Assembly (NCBI GenBank): GCA_030550175.1
Contig: JAUQPW010000004.1
Span: 21,211 to 85,210 of the forward strand
Direction: 5' to 3'
Source of the DNA: a bacterium
Lineage (GTDB): Bacteria > Moduliflexota > Moduliflexia > Moduliflexales > JAUQPW01
Length of the DNA: 64,000 nucleotides
Shown one piece after another: positions 18,308 through 28,821 of this stretch. The notes under the pieces are model-generated. The model searched no databases. It saw nothing but the letters and a program-made list of their open reading frames with translations, and was not told the origin of the DNA. A program made the translations under genes and the position numbers. The first letter of the stretch is position 1; every line of letters begins with the position of its first letter.

Positions 18308-19180
18308 ATGCCGAGAATTAATAAAGCTGTGGAGTTACTGGAACACGGTCAACCGATTTACCTTGTCAACACCGGAGAACTTACTTATGAAAATGGAGTC
18401 CGTATGGCCCAGACCTGGGGGGATGCCATTCGTCTGGATTTAGAACATGGTCCTTTTGATATTTTAGCGTTGGGTGAATTCATGAGGGGTCTGGTTGCCG
18501 GAGGACCAACCCAAAGTGGACATCGTACGCCCGCGGTGATTGTCGAGCTTCCCACAGATGGAACTGACGAAATGGTTATGCGGGCCAATGCCTGGATGGT
18601 TAAGCAGGTACTGGCCCAGGGAGTTCATGGAATTCTGCTTTGCCATGCCGAAACCCCCGGAGCAGTCAGGGTATTGGTGGAGTCTACGCGGTATTCCTTT
18701 CAGAAAATCGGCGTCGGGGATCGACTGGGACAGGGCCGTAGAGGTAACGGAGGACAGGCTTCTGCAGCAAAAATCTGGGGAGTTAGTGAAAGTGAATATC
18801 TGCGGAAAGCCGATGTGTGGCCACTCAATCCAGAAGGAGAAATTCTCTTGGGGGTAAAAATAGAAAACCTTAGAGCCCTGGAAAATGCAGAAAAAACCCT
18901 GGCTGTTCCGGGAATTGCCTTTGCAGAATGGGGACCCGGTGATATGGGAATGGCCTTAGGTTATCCAGAACAGCACGATCCTCCTTATCCTCAGGAAATG
19001 ATCGATATCCGAGAAAAGGTCAAGAATCTCTGTAAAGTCAACGGTATTTTCTTTTTAAACCAGGTCAGCAAGGAGGATATCACGGCCATGATCGATGAAG
19101 GTGTTATGGTCTGTAGCGCTCCCAATGCCGAGATAGCCTCTATGGGCCGGGTATATACCCGAAGAAAAGTACCCTGGTAA
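18308..19180 (+). CDS. HpcH/HpaI-family aldolase / citrate-lyase beta-like protein
   Basis: Aligns in pattern to HpcH (DLEHGPFD..., VIVELPT, ESTRY, LGVKIENL, GPGDMGMALG). The ATG at 18308 has an AGGA Shine-Dalgarno 8 nt upstream. Confidence 0.7.
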   Translation: MPRINKAVELLEHGQPIYLVNTGELTYENGVRMAQTWGDAIRLDLEHGPFDILALGEFMRGLVAGGPTQSGHRTPAVIVELPTDGTDEMVMRANAWMVKQVLAQGVHGILLCHAETPGAVRVLVESTRYSFQKIGVGDRLGQGRRGNGGQASAAKIWGVSESEYLRKADVWPLNPEGEILLGVKIENLRALENAEKTLAVPGIAFAEWGPGDMGMALGYPEQHDPPYPQEMIDIREKVKNLCKVNGIFFLNQVSKEDITAMIDEGVMVCSAPNAEIASMGRVYTRRKVPW

Positions 19181-19227
19181 TCGGTTTCTATTAAAAAATT
19201 AACCCTTTTAACCCAGGAGGAATTTTT

Positions 19228-19437
19228 ATGGGTAATCATATCTACAAATTGATTGAACTGACGGGCTCTTCTACAACTTCTATAGAAGATGCCATCCAGA
19301 ATGCCCTTACCCGGGCGGCGAGAACCGTTCGTCACTTGCGCTGGTTTCAAGTCGTTGAAACCCGAGGAACTATTGAAGATGGTCGAGTGGGGTATTGGCA
19401 GGTTACCATAAAGGTCGGATTTACCCTGGAAGAGTAA
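19228..19437 (+). CDS. Dodecin family flavin-binding protein
   Basis: A 69-aa protein ([27 protein letters not shown]...[32 protein letters not shown]) that matches the dodecin consensus along its whole length. Confidence 0.8.
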   Translation: MGNHIYKLIELTGSSTTSIEDAIQNALTRAARTVRHLRWFQVVETRGTIEDGRVGYWQVTIKVGFTLEE

Positions 19438-19709
19438 TTAATAAATGGCGTGAAACTTGTCCTCCTTAGAGCTTAGATAGGTTTTTTACTTTTTTAAGGA
19501 CACTACCAAGGGGCTGGTTTCTTTTCCAACCGATTTTCTAGCCATCTACTAAATCGATATCAATACTTCTTACCTAAAGTACTTGACATATTTCCACTTG
19601 ATTGGACAAAATGATGCAGTCTCAAGAAGGTCCTGTAAGGGATAGTTATCAAGGGGTTAACCGGCCTCATTAAAGCTTTGGGGGGAAGAGGTCTTCCTTT
19701 GGAGAGAAG

Positions 19710-21116
19710 ATGATCGGGATTACCAGGTGGGGAGCTTATATACCCTATTATCGACTCGATGGGCAGACATTAAGTCAGGTCTGGGGGGAATCTTTTACCG
19801 GTGAGCGGGCCGTTGCCAACTACGATGAGGATAGCCTTACTCTGGCCGCAGAAGCAATCCGGATTTGTCTGAAGGGTGAAAATCCCAAAACCTATCAAGG
19901 CCTTTATTATGCTTCTACTTCGATGCCTTACCGGGAACATCAAAATGCCACCCTCCTGGCTACCGTTGGCGATTTAAGCACCGATCTATTTACGGCTGAT
20001 TTTAGCGGCTCCTTACGCGCCTCTACCCAGGCTTTTCGGGCCGCTTATGATGCTGTAAAGGCGGGCTCTGCAGATAAAATCCTTGTAGCCGCCTCGGATA
20101 TCCGGCTTGGAGAACCCGGAAGTGGGTTTGAAGCGACCCTGGGAGATGCCGGTGCGGCACTGGCTATCGGAAAAGAAAGCGTCGTTGCGGAGATCCAGGC
20201 GTTTTATTCTTACTCCCAAGATTTTCTCGATCTCTGGAGAACGGAAGATCAACGATATGTAAAATCTGGCGATCAAAAATTTATTGAAACCTATGGATAT
20301 CGGACTTTTATAAAAAAAGCTTTAGAAGGGCTCTTGAATAAAATGGGCTTGAATAAAACCGATATTTCCAGAGTCCTCTTCTTTGCCCCGGATATCAAAA
20401 CCTTCCGCAGCCTCTCTCAAGATCTGGGACTTAAAAAAGAGGCCTATCTCCCGGATCCTCTCTTAAATACTATAGGATGTACCGGTACGGCTTATCCTTT
20501 TCTCTTGTTGATCGCAGCTCTGGAATTGGCGAATCCGGGAGAAAAAATTGTCCTGGTAAGTTATGGGTCGGGAAGTGATGCCATTTTACTCGAAGTGACA
20601 GAGAACATTAAGTCCCCAAGTGGAACAAGAATCCTGGCAGAGCAGTTGCATCGTAAGAAAAATTTGAATCAGTATGGAAAATACCTCCGATTTAGAAAGT
20701 TGGTTGAAGTTGAGCCACTAAATCCTTTTAGTTCTTTACCTGTCCTTTGGCGTGAAGAAAAGCAAAACCTTCGACTTTATGGTCAGAAGTGCCGGATTTG
20801 TGGGGCTATTCAGTATCCCCCGCGGTATGTGTGTTGGAAATGTAACACGCGAAATGCTTTTACGGAAGTTCGACTTAATCCGAGGGGAAAGATTTTTACT
20901 TTCACAAAAGATTATCTGGTTCCAACACCCAATCCGCCTGTAATTATGGTAACGGTAGATCTGGAAGGTGGGGGACGCTTCTACGCCCAAATGACAGACT
21001 GTGAACCGGATCAGGTTCATATAGGAATGGAAGTAGAACTGACCTTCCGTAAGCTTCATGAGGGGGAAGGATATCCCAATTATTTTTGGAAGTTTAGACC
21101 GGTTGTGACTACCTAG
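19710..21116 (+). CDS. HMG-CoA-synthase-like (thiolase-fold) domain lacking the catalytic Cys and Glu, fused to a C-terminal DUF35 zinc-ribbon/OB-fold domain
   Basis: The N-terminus aligns to archaeal HMGCS (MxxGIxxxGxYIPxxRL), but ESHPY becomes TSMPY and EFACKAG becomes DFSGSLRAS. The C-terminus has CRICGAIQYPPRYVCWKCN plus an OB-fold, as in DUF35/SSO2064-type scaffolds. Confidence 0.6.
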   Translation: MIGITRWGAYIPYYRLDGQTLSQVWGESFTGERAVANYDEDSLTLAAEAIRICLKGENPKTYQGLYYASTSMPYREHQNATLLATVGDLSTDLFTADFSGSLRASTQAFRAAYDAVKAGSADKILVAASDIRLGEPGSGFEATLGDAGAALAIGKESVVAEIQAFYSYSQDFLDLWRTEDQRYVKSGDQKFIETYGYRTFIKKALEGLLNKMGLNKTDISRVLFFAPDIKTFRSLSQDLGLKKEAYLPDPLLNTIGCTGTAYPFLLLIAALELANPGEKIVLVSYGSGSDAILLEVTENIKSPSGTRILAEQLHRKKNLNQYGKYLRFRKLVEVEPLNPFSSLPVLWREEKQNLRLYGQKCRICGAIQYPPRYVCWKCNTRNAFTEVRLNPRGKIFTFTKDYLVPTPNPPVIMVTVDLEGGGRFYAQMTDCEPDQVHIGMEVELTFRKLHEGEGYPNYFWKFRPVVTT

Positions 21117-21235
21117 GAATCTGAATCCAGAAGTCAGAATGATAAAATTTAATGCCAGATCTCATTCGTTCCTTGACGATGAGATGATTTTTCAGCTTTA
21201 TTTTGAATTTCTGACTCCTGACCCAAGAGCTTAAA

Positions 21236-24200
21236 ATGAAATTACCTCGCCTTCTACCTTACTCGACGCTTGCACGCCTGATCATCATTATAGGCCTTTT
21301 AAGTTGTTTGTTTTTAAGTTATCTGCTCACCCGGATCCAGCCTCATTTCGGGTTGTACTGGATGGTTTTAGACCTACTTGCCATTACCCTTATAGTTCTC
21401 GCCTTTCTTCAAGCTCGTAAGGGCTTTTCTAAATCCCCCCCGGCTATGATCGTGGATATGAAGATAAAAGGATCTGCCAAGGATAGTTTGCTGACGGCAC
21501 ATATTCAGAATATTGAAAGCAAGATCAAACCCCAGAAAGATCTGCCTTATTTAGAAGACTGGGGAGAAGTGATCCCAACAGATCCCTTTTACGGACGGGA
21601 AAAGGAACTAAGTAAGCTAACCCGATGGATTATGACCGACCGCTGCCGCATAATCGCCCTATTGGGCATGGGAGGAATGGGTAAAACGGCTCTTTCAAGG
21701 AAACTAGTAGAACAAATTAAAGATCGATTTGATTTTGTCATCTGGCGTTCCCTCCGGCATGCCCCTCCCCTGGAAGATCTGCTAGGGGACTTTCTCCAAA
21801 TTTTATCCCGCCAGCAACAACCAGAGCGACGAAAAAGTATAGAACGGAGAATAGATCTCTTAATGGAGTGTCTCCAGAGACATCGTTGCCTGATTATCCT
21901 GGATAATTTAGAATCGGTCCTTTCCCAGGATGATGATTCAGACCATTATCCAGAGGGTTATGAACCCTATGGCTGGCTCATTCAGCGAATAGGAGAAATC
22001 TCTCATCAGAGTTGCTTGATCTTAACCGGTCGAAGGAAACCCAAAGAAATCTTTCACCTGGAGGGTAGGATCTCCCCGGTTCGATCTTTACAACTGGGCG
22101 GATTAAGACCGGCCGAAATTCGGGAAATCTTGAAAGATCAGAATTTATCCGGAACCCAGGAAGCCTGGATAACCCTGGTTAACCGTTATGCCGGGAATCC
22201 TTTGGCCTTGAAGCTTGTTTCTGCAACTATCCAACACTCCTTTGGAGGAGATATAACAGAATTTCTAAAGCAGGAGACCTCAAACTTTAACTTTGAAGAT
22301 ATTCAGGATCTTTTAAATCGGCAATTTAATTCCCTCTCCAATCTAGAAGAAGATATTCTCTATTGGCTGGCCATCGACCGTGAACCTGTTTCGATAAAAG
22401 AATTACTGGAAGACATGATCCATCCCGTATCCAAAGCGAAATTAAAAGAGGCTTTGGAATCTTTACAAAAACGATTTCTGGTTGAAAAAGATGAAAACGA
22501 ACGTTTTACACTCCAGCCTACCCTCATGGACTATGGGATTAATCGGTTGATAGGGCGGATTTGTGAAGAGATTTCCACAGAAACCCCCATCTTCCTCAAC
22601 AGCCATGCACTCCTTAAAGCCCAGGAAAAAGATTACATCCGAGAGAGTCAAATTCGGGTTATCCTTAAACCTACGGCCGATAGGCTTCTTAAGACCTTAG
22701 GTAGAGAAGTTGTCGAAAGTAAATTAGATAATATTCTATCAACCTTGCGAGAAAAATCTCCCCTTATACCTGGATATACCGGAGGGAATGCCCTGAATCT
22801 TTTAGTCCAGATGGAAAGTGATATAAGGAGTTATAACTTCTCGGACTTAACGATCTGGCAGGCTTATCTCCCAGGGGTCGTCCTGCACAATGTCAACTTT
22901 GCCCACGCAGACTTGAGTAAATCTGTTTTTACGAAAACCTTTGGAAGTATTTCTTCGGTTGTATTCAGTTCCGATGGAAAGTTTTTGGCCGGAGGGGGGG
23001 CCGATGGTGAAATTCGCCTTTGGCAGGTGGAAGATACCCGACTGCTTTTCACGTTTAAGGGGCATACAGGTTCTGTAATTTCCATTGCTTTTAGCCCAGA
23101 CAGTAGCATGCTAGCCAGTAGCAGTGATGATCAGACGATTAAATTATGGGATATTCAGACCGGTCGGTGTTTTCAAACCCTGCGAGGACATACCAACTGG
23201 GTAAGATCTGTGGTTTTCAATCCAGGTGGAAAAATTTTGGCCAGTAGCAGTGATGATGAAACCGTCAAGTTATGGGATGTCCGTACCGGGGAATGCCTGA
23301 GAACACTCCGGGGACACACAAATTGGGTATGGTCTGTGGCTTTCAGTCCTGATGGAAATATCCTGGCCAGTGGGAGTGATGATCAGACGATCCGACTATG
23401 GGATACCCATACCGGGGAATGTCTCAAAATGTTACAGGGACACACCGGTTGGGTAGGTTCTGTAGCTTTTAGTCCGGATGGGAACTTCCTGGCTTCTGGA
23501 AGTGCCGATCAAACCATAAGATTGTGGGATGTCCAGACTGGTCAATGTTTTAAAATTTTGCACGGCCATACCGATCGGATAAAGTCTGTTGCGTTCAGTC
23601 CTAAAGGAAATATGTTGGGTAGTGGTTCTGAGGATCAAAGCATCAAGTTATGGAGTATGAAAACGGGTGAGTGTCTTAGAACGCTCCAGGGGCATACTGA
23701 TTGGGTAAACGCAATTGCCTTTAGTCCTGATGGACATCTGCTGGCCAGTGGGAGTGAAGATCAAACTATTCGCTTATCAGAGGTTCGTACGGGCCAGTGC
23801 CTTAGAACTCTCCAGGGATATACCAACGGAATATGGACTATTGCGCTGAGTCCAGACGGAAGTATTTTAGCCAGTGGGAGTGAAGATCGACTGGTTCGGT
23901 TGTGGGATGCCCGAACAGGTCGATGCTTTAAAATTTTGAAAGGACATACGAAACGCATAAGGTCCCTTGCCTTCAGTCCTGATAACCGTATTTTAGCCAG
24001 TAGTAGTGATGATCGAACCGTTAAACTCTGGGATATCCAAACCGGTCAGTGCCTCAAAACTTTAAAGGGACATACTTCTCGGGTGAGGTCTGTGACCTTC
24101 AGTCAGGATGGGCAAACGCTGGCGAGTCGAAGTGCTGACCGAATTGTAAAAGTATGGGATGTTCGAACGGGCCTGTGCCTGGAGACTTTCCAGGGATGGA

Positions 24201-24685
24201 CCCGCTACGTCCGATCCGTTGCCTTTAGTCCGGATGGCAGTACCTTCGCCGGTGCAGGTGAAAATTACACCGTCGGTTTATGGAGCGTAAGCACAGGTCG
24301 ATGCCTTAAAACCTTCCGGGGACATTTGAGCCAGGTCTGGTCGGTCGCCTTTAGCCCGGATGGAAATATCCTGACCAGCGGAAGTGAGGATCAAACCATA
24401 AGGTTATGGGACGTTCCTACCGGCCAATGTCTTAAAACCTTGTATGGCCACCGCCACGGAGTTTGGTCCCTGGTCTTTGATCCTACAGGGGGTGTTTTAA
24501 TTAGCGGTAGTGAAGATGAAACTATTAAGTTTTGGGATGTTCAAACAGGTGAATGTCTCAAAACGCTGAGAAATGACAGGCTTTGTGAAGGAATGAATAT
24601 CACAGGAGCTAAAGGCCTGTCCGAAGCCCAGAAAGCAACTCTCAAGGCTTTGGGAGCCATCGAAAACCTGGAAAATGTCAGTTGA
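21236..24685 (+). CDS. STAND NTPase (NB-ARC/AP-ATPase) with N-terminal two-helix transmembrane module and about 14 C-terminal WD40 repeats. Candidate Avs/NLR-like defence protein.
   Basis: Two hydrophobic helices at residues about 12-32 and 41-61. Walker [17 protein letters not shown], Walker [12 protein letters not shown], then [15 protein letters not shown]...LASGSxDxTIxLWD repeated about 14 times. Confidence 0.8.
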   Translation: MKLPRLLPYSTLARLIIIIGLLSCLFLSYLLTRIQPHFGLYWMVLDLLAITLIVLAFLQARKGFSKSPPAMIVDMKIKGSAKDSLLTAHIQNIESKIKPQKDLPYLEDWGEVIPTDPFYGREKELSKLTRWIMTDRCRIIALLGMGGMGKTALSRKLVEQIKDRFDFVIWRSLRHAPPLEDLLGDFLQILSRQQQPERRKSIERRIDLLMECLQRHRCLIILDNLESVLSQDDDSDHYPEGYEPYGWLIQRIGEISHQSCLILTGRRKPKEIFHLEGRISPVRSLQLGGLRPAEIREILKDQNLSGTQEAWITLVNRYAGNPLALKLVSATIQHSFGGDITEFLKQETSNFNFEDIQDLLNRQFNSLSNLEEDILYWLAIDREPVSIKELLEDMIHPVSKAKLKEALESLQKRFLVEKDENERFTLQPTLMDYGINRLIGRICEEISTETPIFLNSHALLKAQEKDYIRESQIRVILKPTADRLLKTLGREVVESKLDNILSTLREKSPLIPGYTGGNALNLLVQMESDIRSYNFSDLTIWQAYLPGVVLHNVNFAHADLSKSVFTKTFGSISSVVFSSDGKFLAGGGADGEIRLWQVEDTRLLFTFKGHTGSVISIAFSPDSSMLASSSDDQTIKLWDIQTGRCFQTLRGHTNWVRSVVFNPGGKILASSSDDETVKLWDVRTGECLRTLRGHTNWVWSVAFSPDGNILASGSDDQTIRLWDTHTGECLKMLQGHTGWVGSVAFSPDGNFLASGSADQTIRLWDVQTGQCFKILHGHTDRIKSVAFSPKGNMLGSGSEDQSIKLWSMKTGECLRTLQGHTDWVNAIAFSPDGHLLASGSEDQTIRLSEVRTGQCLRTLQGYTNGIWTIALSPDGSILASGSEDRLVRLWDARTGRCFKILKGHTKRIRSLAFSPDNRILASSSDDRTVKLWDIQTGQCLKTLKGHTSRVRSVTFSQDGQTLASRSADRIVKVWDVRTGLCLETFQGWTRYVRSVAFSPDGSTFAGAGENYTVGLWSVSTGRCLKTFRGHLSQVWSVAFSPDGNILTSGSEDQTIRLWDVPTGQCLKTLYGHRHGVWSLVFDPTGGVLISGSEDETIKFWDVQTGECLKTLRNDRLCEGMNITGAKGLSEAQKATLKALGAIENLENVS

Positions 24686-24879
24686 CCCTAAAGATCCCCT
24701 AACGGATTTTGGATATCCTCGCTTTAAAATTTGTCAGGTTTACCTTCAAATTAGCTTGACGTCTCCCCTGATAGCGTGGTACCTTCCCCCTAGAAGCTAT
24801 TACCTAACTTTTAAGAAATCCGTTTTCCCGGAGAAAACAGATTTCTTCCTTTACAATTTTAAATACGGAGCGTGTTCTT

Positions 24880-26145
24880 ATGAAAGCCAAGCTTGCTTAT
24901 GGAAAGACCGGGTTAGAAGTAAATTTGCCGGATGACCGGGTGACTGTGGTGGAACCTGAGTTTATTCCCGGCCTGGCAGATGAAAAATCGGCTTTTGTAG
25001 AGGCCTTAAGACATCCCATAGGGGCCCCACCTCTACGGGATTTGGTAAAACCTTCGGATACCGTGGCCATTGTCTTTTCGGATATTACCCGACCGACTCC
25101 TAATAAGAAGATTCTTCCTTGGTTGCTAGAAGAAATATCCCACGTTCCGCGAAATCAGGTGGTCCTTATTAATGGAATTGGACTCCATCGTCCTAATACC
25201 CGAGAAGAGCTGACGGATTTGATCGGCCGGGAAGTTATGGACAATTACCGGGTTATCAACCATGAGCCTCATAAAAAAGAGCTATTGACTTATCTGGGAA
25301 AGACACGATTTGGGGGAGATATTTGGATTAATTCGGAGTATTTAGAGGCATCGGTTAAAATTTTGACCGGGTTTATCGAGCCTCATTTTTTTGCAGGATT
25401 TTCAGGAGGGCCTAAGGCCGTACTGCCCAGCGTGAGCGGTCACGATTCTATCATGCATAATCATAGTGCCAAAATGATCGGACATCCCAACGCTTCGTGG
25501 GGAATTACCACCGGAAACCCCATCTTCGAGGAGATGCTAGAGGTTGCCCTGCTGACCCGACCTACTTTTCTGGCCAATGTTACCATTAACAGTAAAAAGG
25601 AAATTACCGGAGTTTTTGCTGGTGATTTGGTTCAGGCTCATGGTAAGGGAACCGAATTCGTTAAGAAGACGGCCATGCGTCCAGTGCCGGAACCTTTTGA
25701 TATTGTGATTACCACCAACAGCGGATATCCCCTGGATCTTAATCTCTACCAGGCCGTTAAGGGAATGTCTGCAGCCTCTCGAATTGTCAAGGAGGGAGGA
25801 AGTATTATCATTGTTTCTGAATGCTCCCAGGGAGTCCCGGACCATGGTAATTATGGCAAGCTACTTCAAATGCGGTCTACACCGGCTGAGTTGCTGGAAA
25901 TGATTAATGCTCCGGATTTCTCCCTGTTCGATCAATGGCAGGTCCAGATTCAGGCCATGATCCAGCTTAAAGCCAGGGTTTATGTGTACTCTCTTTTACC
26001 AGATGATGTGATCCAAAAATGTCAGCTTCTTCCCTGTCAAAATATCGAAGCAACCGTGGATCGACTTTTGAAAGAATATGGACCTCAAGCTCGAATAGCG
26101 GTACTTCCTCAAGGACCTATGACAATCCCTTATTTAGTGGAATAA
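24880..26145 (+). CDS. LarA-family (nickel-pincer-cofactor-dependent lactate racemase-like) protein
   Basis: Length of 421 aa and an N-terminal DUF2088-like region (KTGLEVNLPDDRV...VAIVFSDITRPTP) typical of LarA homologues. No larBCE genes in the window. Confidence 0.65.
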   Translation: MKAKLAYGKTGLEVNLPDDRVTVVEPEFIPGLADEKSAFVEALRHPIGAPPLRDLVKPSDTVAIVFSDITRPTPNKKILPWLLEEISHVPRNQVVLINGIGLHRPNTREELTDLIGREVMDNYRVINHEPHKKELLTYLGKTRFGGDIWINSEYLEASVKILTGFIEPHFFAGFSGGPKAVLPSVSGHDSIMHNHSAKMIGHPNASWGITTGNPIFEEMLEVALLTRPTFLANVTINSKKEITGVFAGDLVQAHGKGTEFVKKTAMRPVPEPFDIVITTNSGYPLDLNLYQAVKGMSAASRIVKEGGSIIIVSECSQGVPDHGNYGKLLQMRSTPAELLEMINAPDFSLFDQWQVQIQAMIQLKARVYVYSLLPDDVIQKCQLLPCQNIEATVDRLLKEYGPQARIAVLPQGPMTIPYLVE

Positions 26146-26239
26146 CCCGACCCGTTCATTGTTCTTTGTAAACGACCCGGGATTAAAAGGGGGATAATCC
26201 GTAGACAACAGACAATGGACAAAGGGCAAAGATGGTTTT

Positions 26240-26581
26240 ATGATACATATCCTTTTACGTTGGTTATTGTCGGCTGTGTCCTTTATTATTGTGGCGAAGA
26301 TCTTGCCGGGATTTCGGCTTAAAGATTTTCAAAAAGCTTTGGCTGCTGCCGCAGTTTACGGGATTCTCCAGTTCCTTCTGTTTAAACTTCTGGTGATTAT
26401 CAGCTTTATTCCGGTTATCTTGACCTTTGGACTCTTTGTATTTGTGATCAATGCGTTTCTTCTCTATCTGACCGATGTGCTGGTGGAAGGATTTGAAATC
26501 GATAATGCTCTTACCACTCTGATCGGAGCGGTTCTTTTGAGCCTGTTGAACAATTTATTTTACTTCATACTCCGAGTCTAG
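26240..26581 (+). CDS. DUF360 / phage-holin-4-like small membrane protein
   Basis: 113 aa with four predicted transmembrane helices. LLRWLLSAVSFIIVAKILPGFRL resembles the DUF360 N-terminus. Confidence 0.5.
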   Translation: MIHILLRWLLSAVSFIIVAKILPGFRLKDFQKALAAAAVYGILQFLLFKLLVIISFIPVILTFGLFVFVINAFLLYLTDVLVEGFEIDNALTTLIGAVLLSLLNNLFYFILRV

Positions 26582-26644
26582 AAGTAACTCAGGTTCCAAA
26601 GGGATACTCACGATATATTGCACCTTAAAAAGCCCGTTTTATCC

Positions 26645-27022
26645 TTAACATTCTATAAGAGCCTGGGCAATGGCATAATCTCCATCGTGGGATAAACTAA
26701 TCAGTACTTGCTTGACCTGGAGCTCCCCGGCAAGCTCCCGGCATTTACCGGAGAGCTTGACCTGGGGTCGACCCTCTTCATCATTGAACACCTCTACATC
26801 ATGCCAGGTTACCCCTTGACCCCAGCCGGTTCCAAAAGCCTTGAAAACGGCTTCCTTGGCTGCAAATCGCACCGCATAATGTTGAATTTTTAATGCCTTG
26901 CCGGAACAGTATTCAATTTCCCGAGGGGTAAAAACTCGTTCGAGAAATCGCTTTCCCCTTCGATTCACAACCTCCTCTAATCTGGAGATACGAACCAGAT
27001 CGATACCTATACCGTAAATCAT
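26645..27022 (-). CDS. acpS: Holo-[acyl-carrier-protein] synthase (4'-phosphopantetheinyl transferase)
   Basis: MIYGIGIDLVRISR... and an FTPREIEYC-type motif. Length 125 aa. Confidence 0.8.
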   Translation of the reverse strand: MIYGIGIDLVRISRLEEVVNRRGKRFLERVFTPREIEYCSGKALKIQHYAVRFAAKEAVFKAFGTGWGQGVTWHDVEVFNDEEGRPQVKLSGKCRELAGELQVKQVLISLSHDGDYAIAQALIEC

Positions 27023-27034
27023 AGATAGAGGGCT

Positions 27035-27457
27035 TTATTTTTTAAATAACCGGGTTTTTAAAAAACTAACCAGACAAAAAATGCCCACGGCCAAAACACC
27101 GCCCACAAAATCGGCGGCTATATCGTGAACGCTAAATTCTCGATGCGGAACAAAAAATTGATGAATCTCATCCGAGATTCCATACAGGGTCGTTGTCCAT
27201 AGGGTAAGTAAGTACCAGGCGCCCCGATGGATGGGAGTGGTACCCATCGAGAAACTCCGAAGAAGAAGTATACCTAACAAGAAATACTCGATGGTATGCA
27301 AGAGATAATCGGGGGCCTTCTGGGGTATCGGCGGATAGGATAGAGAAGATAGATAAAAAATAACTGCCATATAGATAAAACTGGGGGTCCATGCGTAAAG
27401 AAAATACAAGGCCTTATTCCGTCGAAGCCGGTTAAGATAGGATTGGGTTAAATCCAT
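27035..27457 (-). CDS. VanZ-like family membrane protein
   Basis: A 140-aa membrane protein with the DEIHQFFVP...HDIAADFVGG motif pattern characteristic of VanZ. Confidence 0.55.
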   Translation of the reverse strand: MDLTQSYLNRLRRNKALYFLYAWTPSFIYMAVIFYLSSLSYPPIPQKAPDYLLHTIEYFLLGILLLRSFSMGTTPIHRGAWYLLTLWTTTLYGISDEIHQFFVPHREFSVHDIAADFVGGVLAVGIFCLVSFLKTRLFKK

Positions 27458-27543
27458 GTTAAGAACCTACGGTGAGTTTTCACCGTTGTCAACCTCGTGA
27501 CGTCGATAAAAAGTTTTTAGAAATTTCTTGCCAGTTCAGGTAG

Positions 27544-27700
27544 TACTTTGTAAAGTTAAATTCGAGTAACCATTCTGTCCTCACCTCCGGCCCCTCTCCT
27601 GAAGCTTAGGGAGAGAGGGCACTTGGGGAGTTGATCCGGAGATTTGCCGACTTCCCCTCTCCTACAGTGTGGGAAAGGGGCCGGAGGTGAGGGTGAGCAA
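27544..27700. mobile_element. MITE/REP-like composite element, copy 3
   Basis: TACTTTGTAAAGTTAAATTCGAGTAA...CCCCTCTCCTGAAGCTTAGGGAGAGAGGG...CCCCTCTCCTACAGTGTGGGAAAGGGGCCGGAGGTGAGGGTGAG is collinear with copy 1. Confidence 0.7.
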
Positions 27701-27749
27701 TTCCGTTTAAAGATCCTAACCCGCTCATCCTAACAAAAGGAGATTGAAA

Positions 27750-28646
27750 ATGGCAGATAAAGACAGTTTGCAAGAAACGCACAATTTTTATTTAGATATT
27801 CCCATGGAAAATGAGCCGTTCAGGTTGCGAGGTTCCAATTCGCTGGACTGGGGGATGAAAAATCGATTATCAAAAATATTTTGTCCGGAAACCGGTCGTA
27901 CGGTGATGCTGGCCATTGATCATGGATATTTTTTAGGACCCACCACAGGGTTAGAACGGGTTGATGTGACGATCCTGCCCTTGCTTCCCTACGCCGATAC
28001 CCTTATGTGTACCCGGGGGATTCTGCGCTCCACCATTCCTCCAACCTTTACGAAGGGGATTGTACTCCGGGCCAGTGGAGGTCCTAGTATCCTTAAAGAG
28101 CTCTCCAATGAAGAAATTGCCGTTGATATTGAAGACGCCATTCGTTTGAACGTTGCAGCTCTTGCCGTCCAGGTCTTTGTTGGAGGTGAATACGAGACCA
28201 AATCGATTCACAATATGACTCGCCTGGTGGATCTGGGCCATCGGTATGGGATTCCGGTTTTGGGCGTTACAGCCGTAGGTAAAGAGATGGTTCGGGATGC
28301 AAAATACCTGCGCCTGGCAACCCGAATATGTGCAGAATTGGGTGCCTCTTATATTAAGACCTATTATGTTTCCGAAGGATTTGAGACCATAACTGCTTCC
28401 TGTCCGGTTCCCATCGTTATTGCTGGTGGAAAAAAAATTCCGAAACTCGAAGCCCTGAGAATGGCCTATCAGGCTGTTCAGCAAGGCGCCGCAGGGGTTG
28501 ACATGGGGCGAAACATATTCCAGTCTGAAGATCCTGTAGCCATGATCCAGGCTGTGAGAAAAGTGGTCCATGAAGACATAAAACCGGAAGAAGCTTACGA
28601 GTTGTGTTTGACTTTAGAAAATGAAAGAAAAAGAGAAGGAAGGTAA
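27750..28646 (+). CDS. Class I aldolase of the DhnA/FbaB/LsrF (DeoC-like TIM barrel) family
   Basis: VMLAIDHG...IKTYY Schiff-base Lys region. The ATG at 27750 has a GGAG Shine-Dalgarno. The ORF-track start at 27744 is a TTG. Confidence 0.65.
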   Translation: MADKDSLQETHNFYLDIPMENEPFRLRGSNSLDWGMKNRLSKIFCPETGRTVMLAIDHGYFLGPTTGLERVDVTILPLLPYADTLMCTRGILRSTIPPTFTKGIVLRASGGPSILKELSNEEIAVDIEDAIRLNVAALAVQVFVGGEYETKSIHNMTRLVDLGHRYGIPVLGVTAVGKEMVRDAKYLRLATRICAELGASYIKTYYVSEGFETITASCPVPIVIAGGKKIPKLEALRMAYQAVQQGAAGVDMGRNIFQSEDPVAMIQAVRKVVHEDIKPEEAYELCLTLENERKREGR

Positions 28647-28821
28647 GAATCTGTAATTTTACTTCCCTGTGAAAGGGTTAGGATCATATCCATTTGTGTT
28701 TTATAAGGTCTTTACCGGTAAAGAAATTTGTTTATCGGTATAAAAGCCATAACCCAATCAACCTCCGGGTATTGTTGAAGTGATTGATGAAAAGGATAAC
28801 CGTTTCTGAAGGTGCGAAAGA

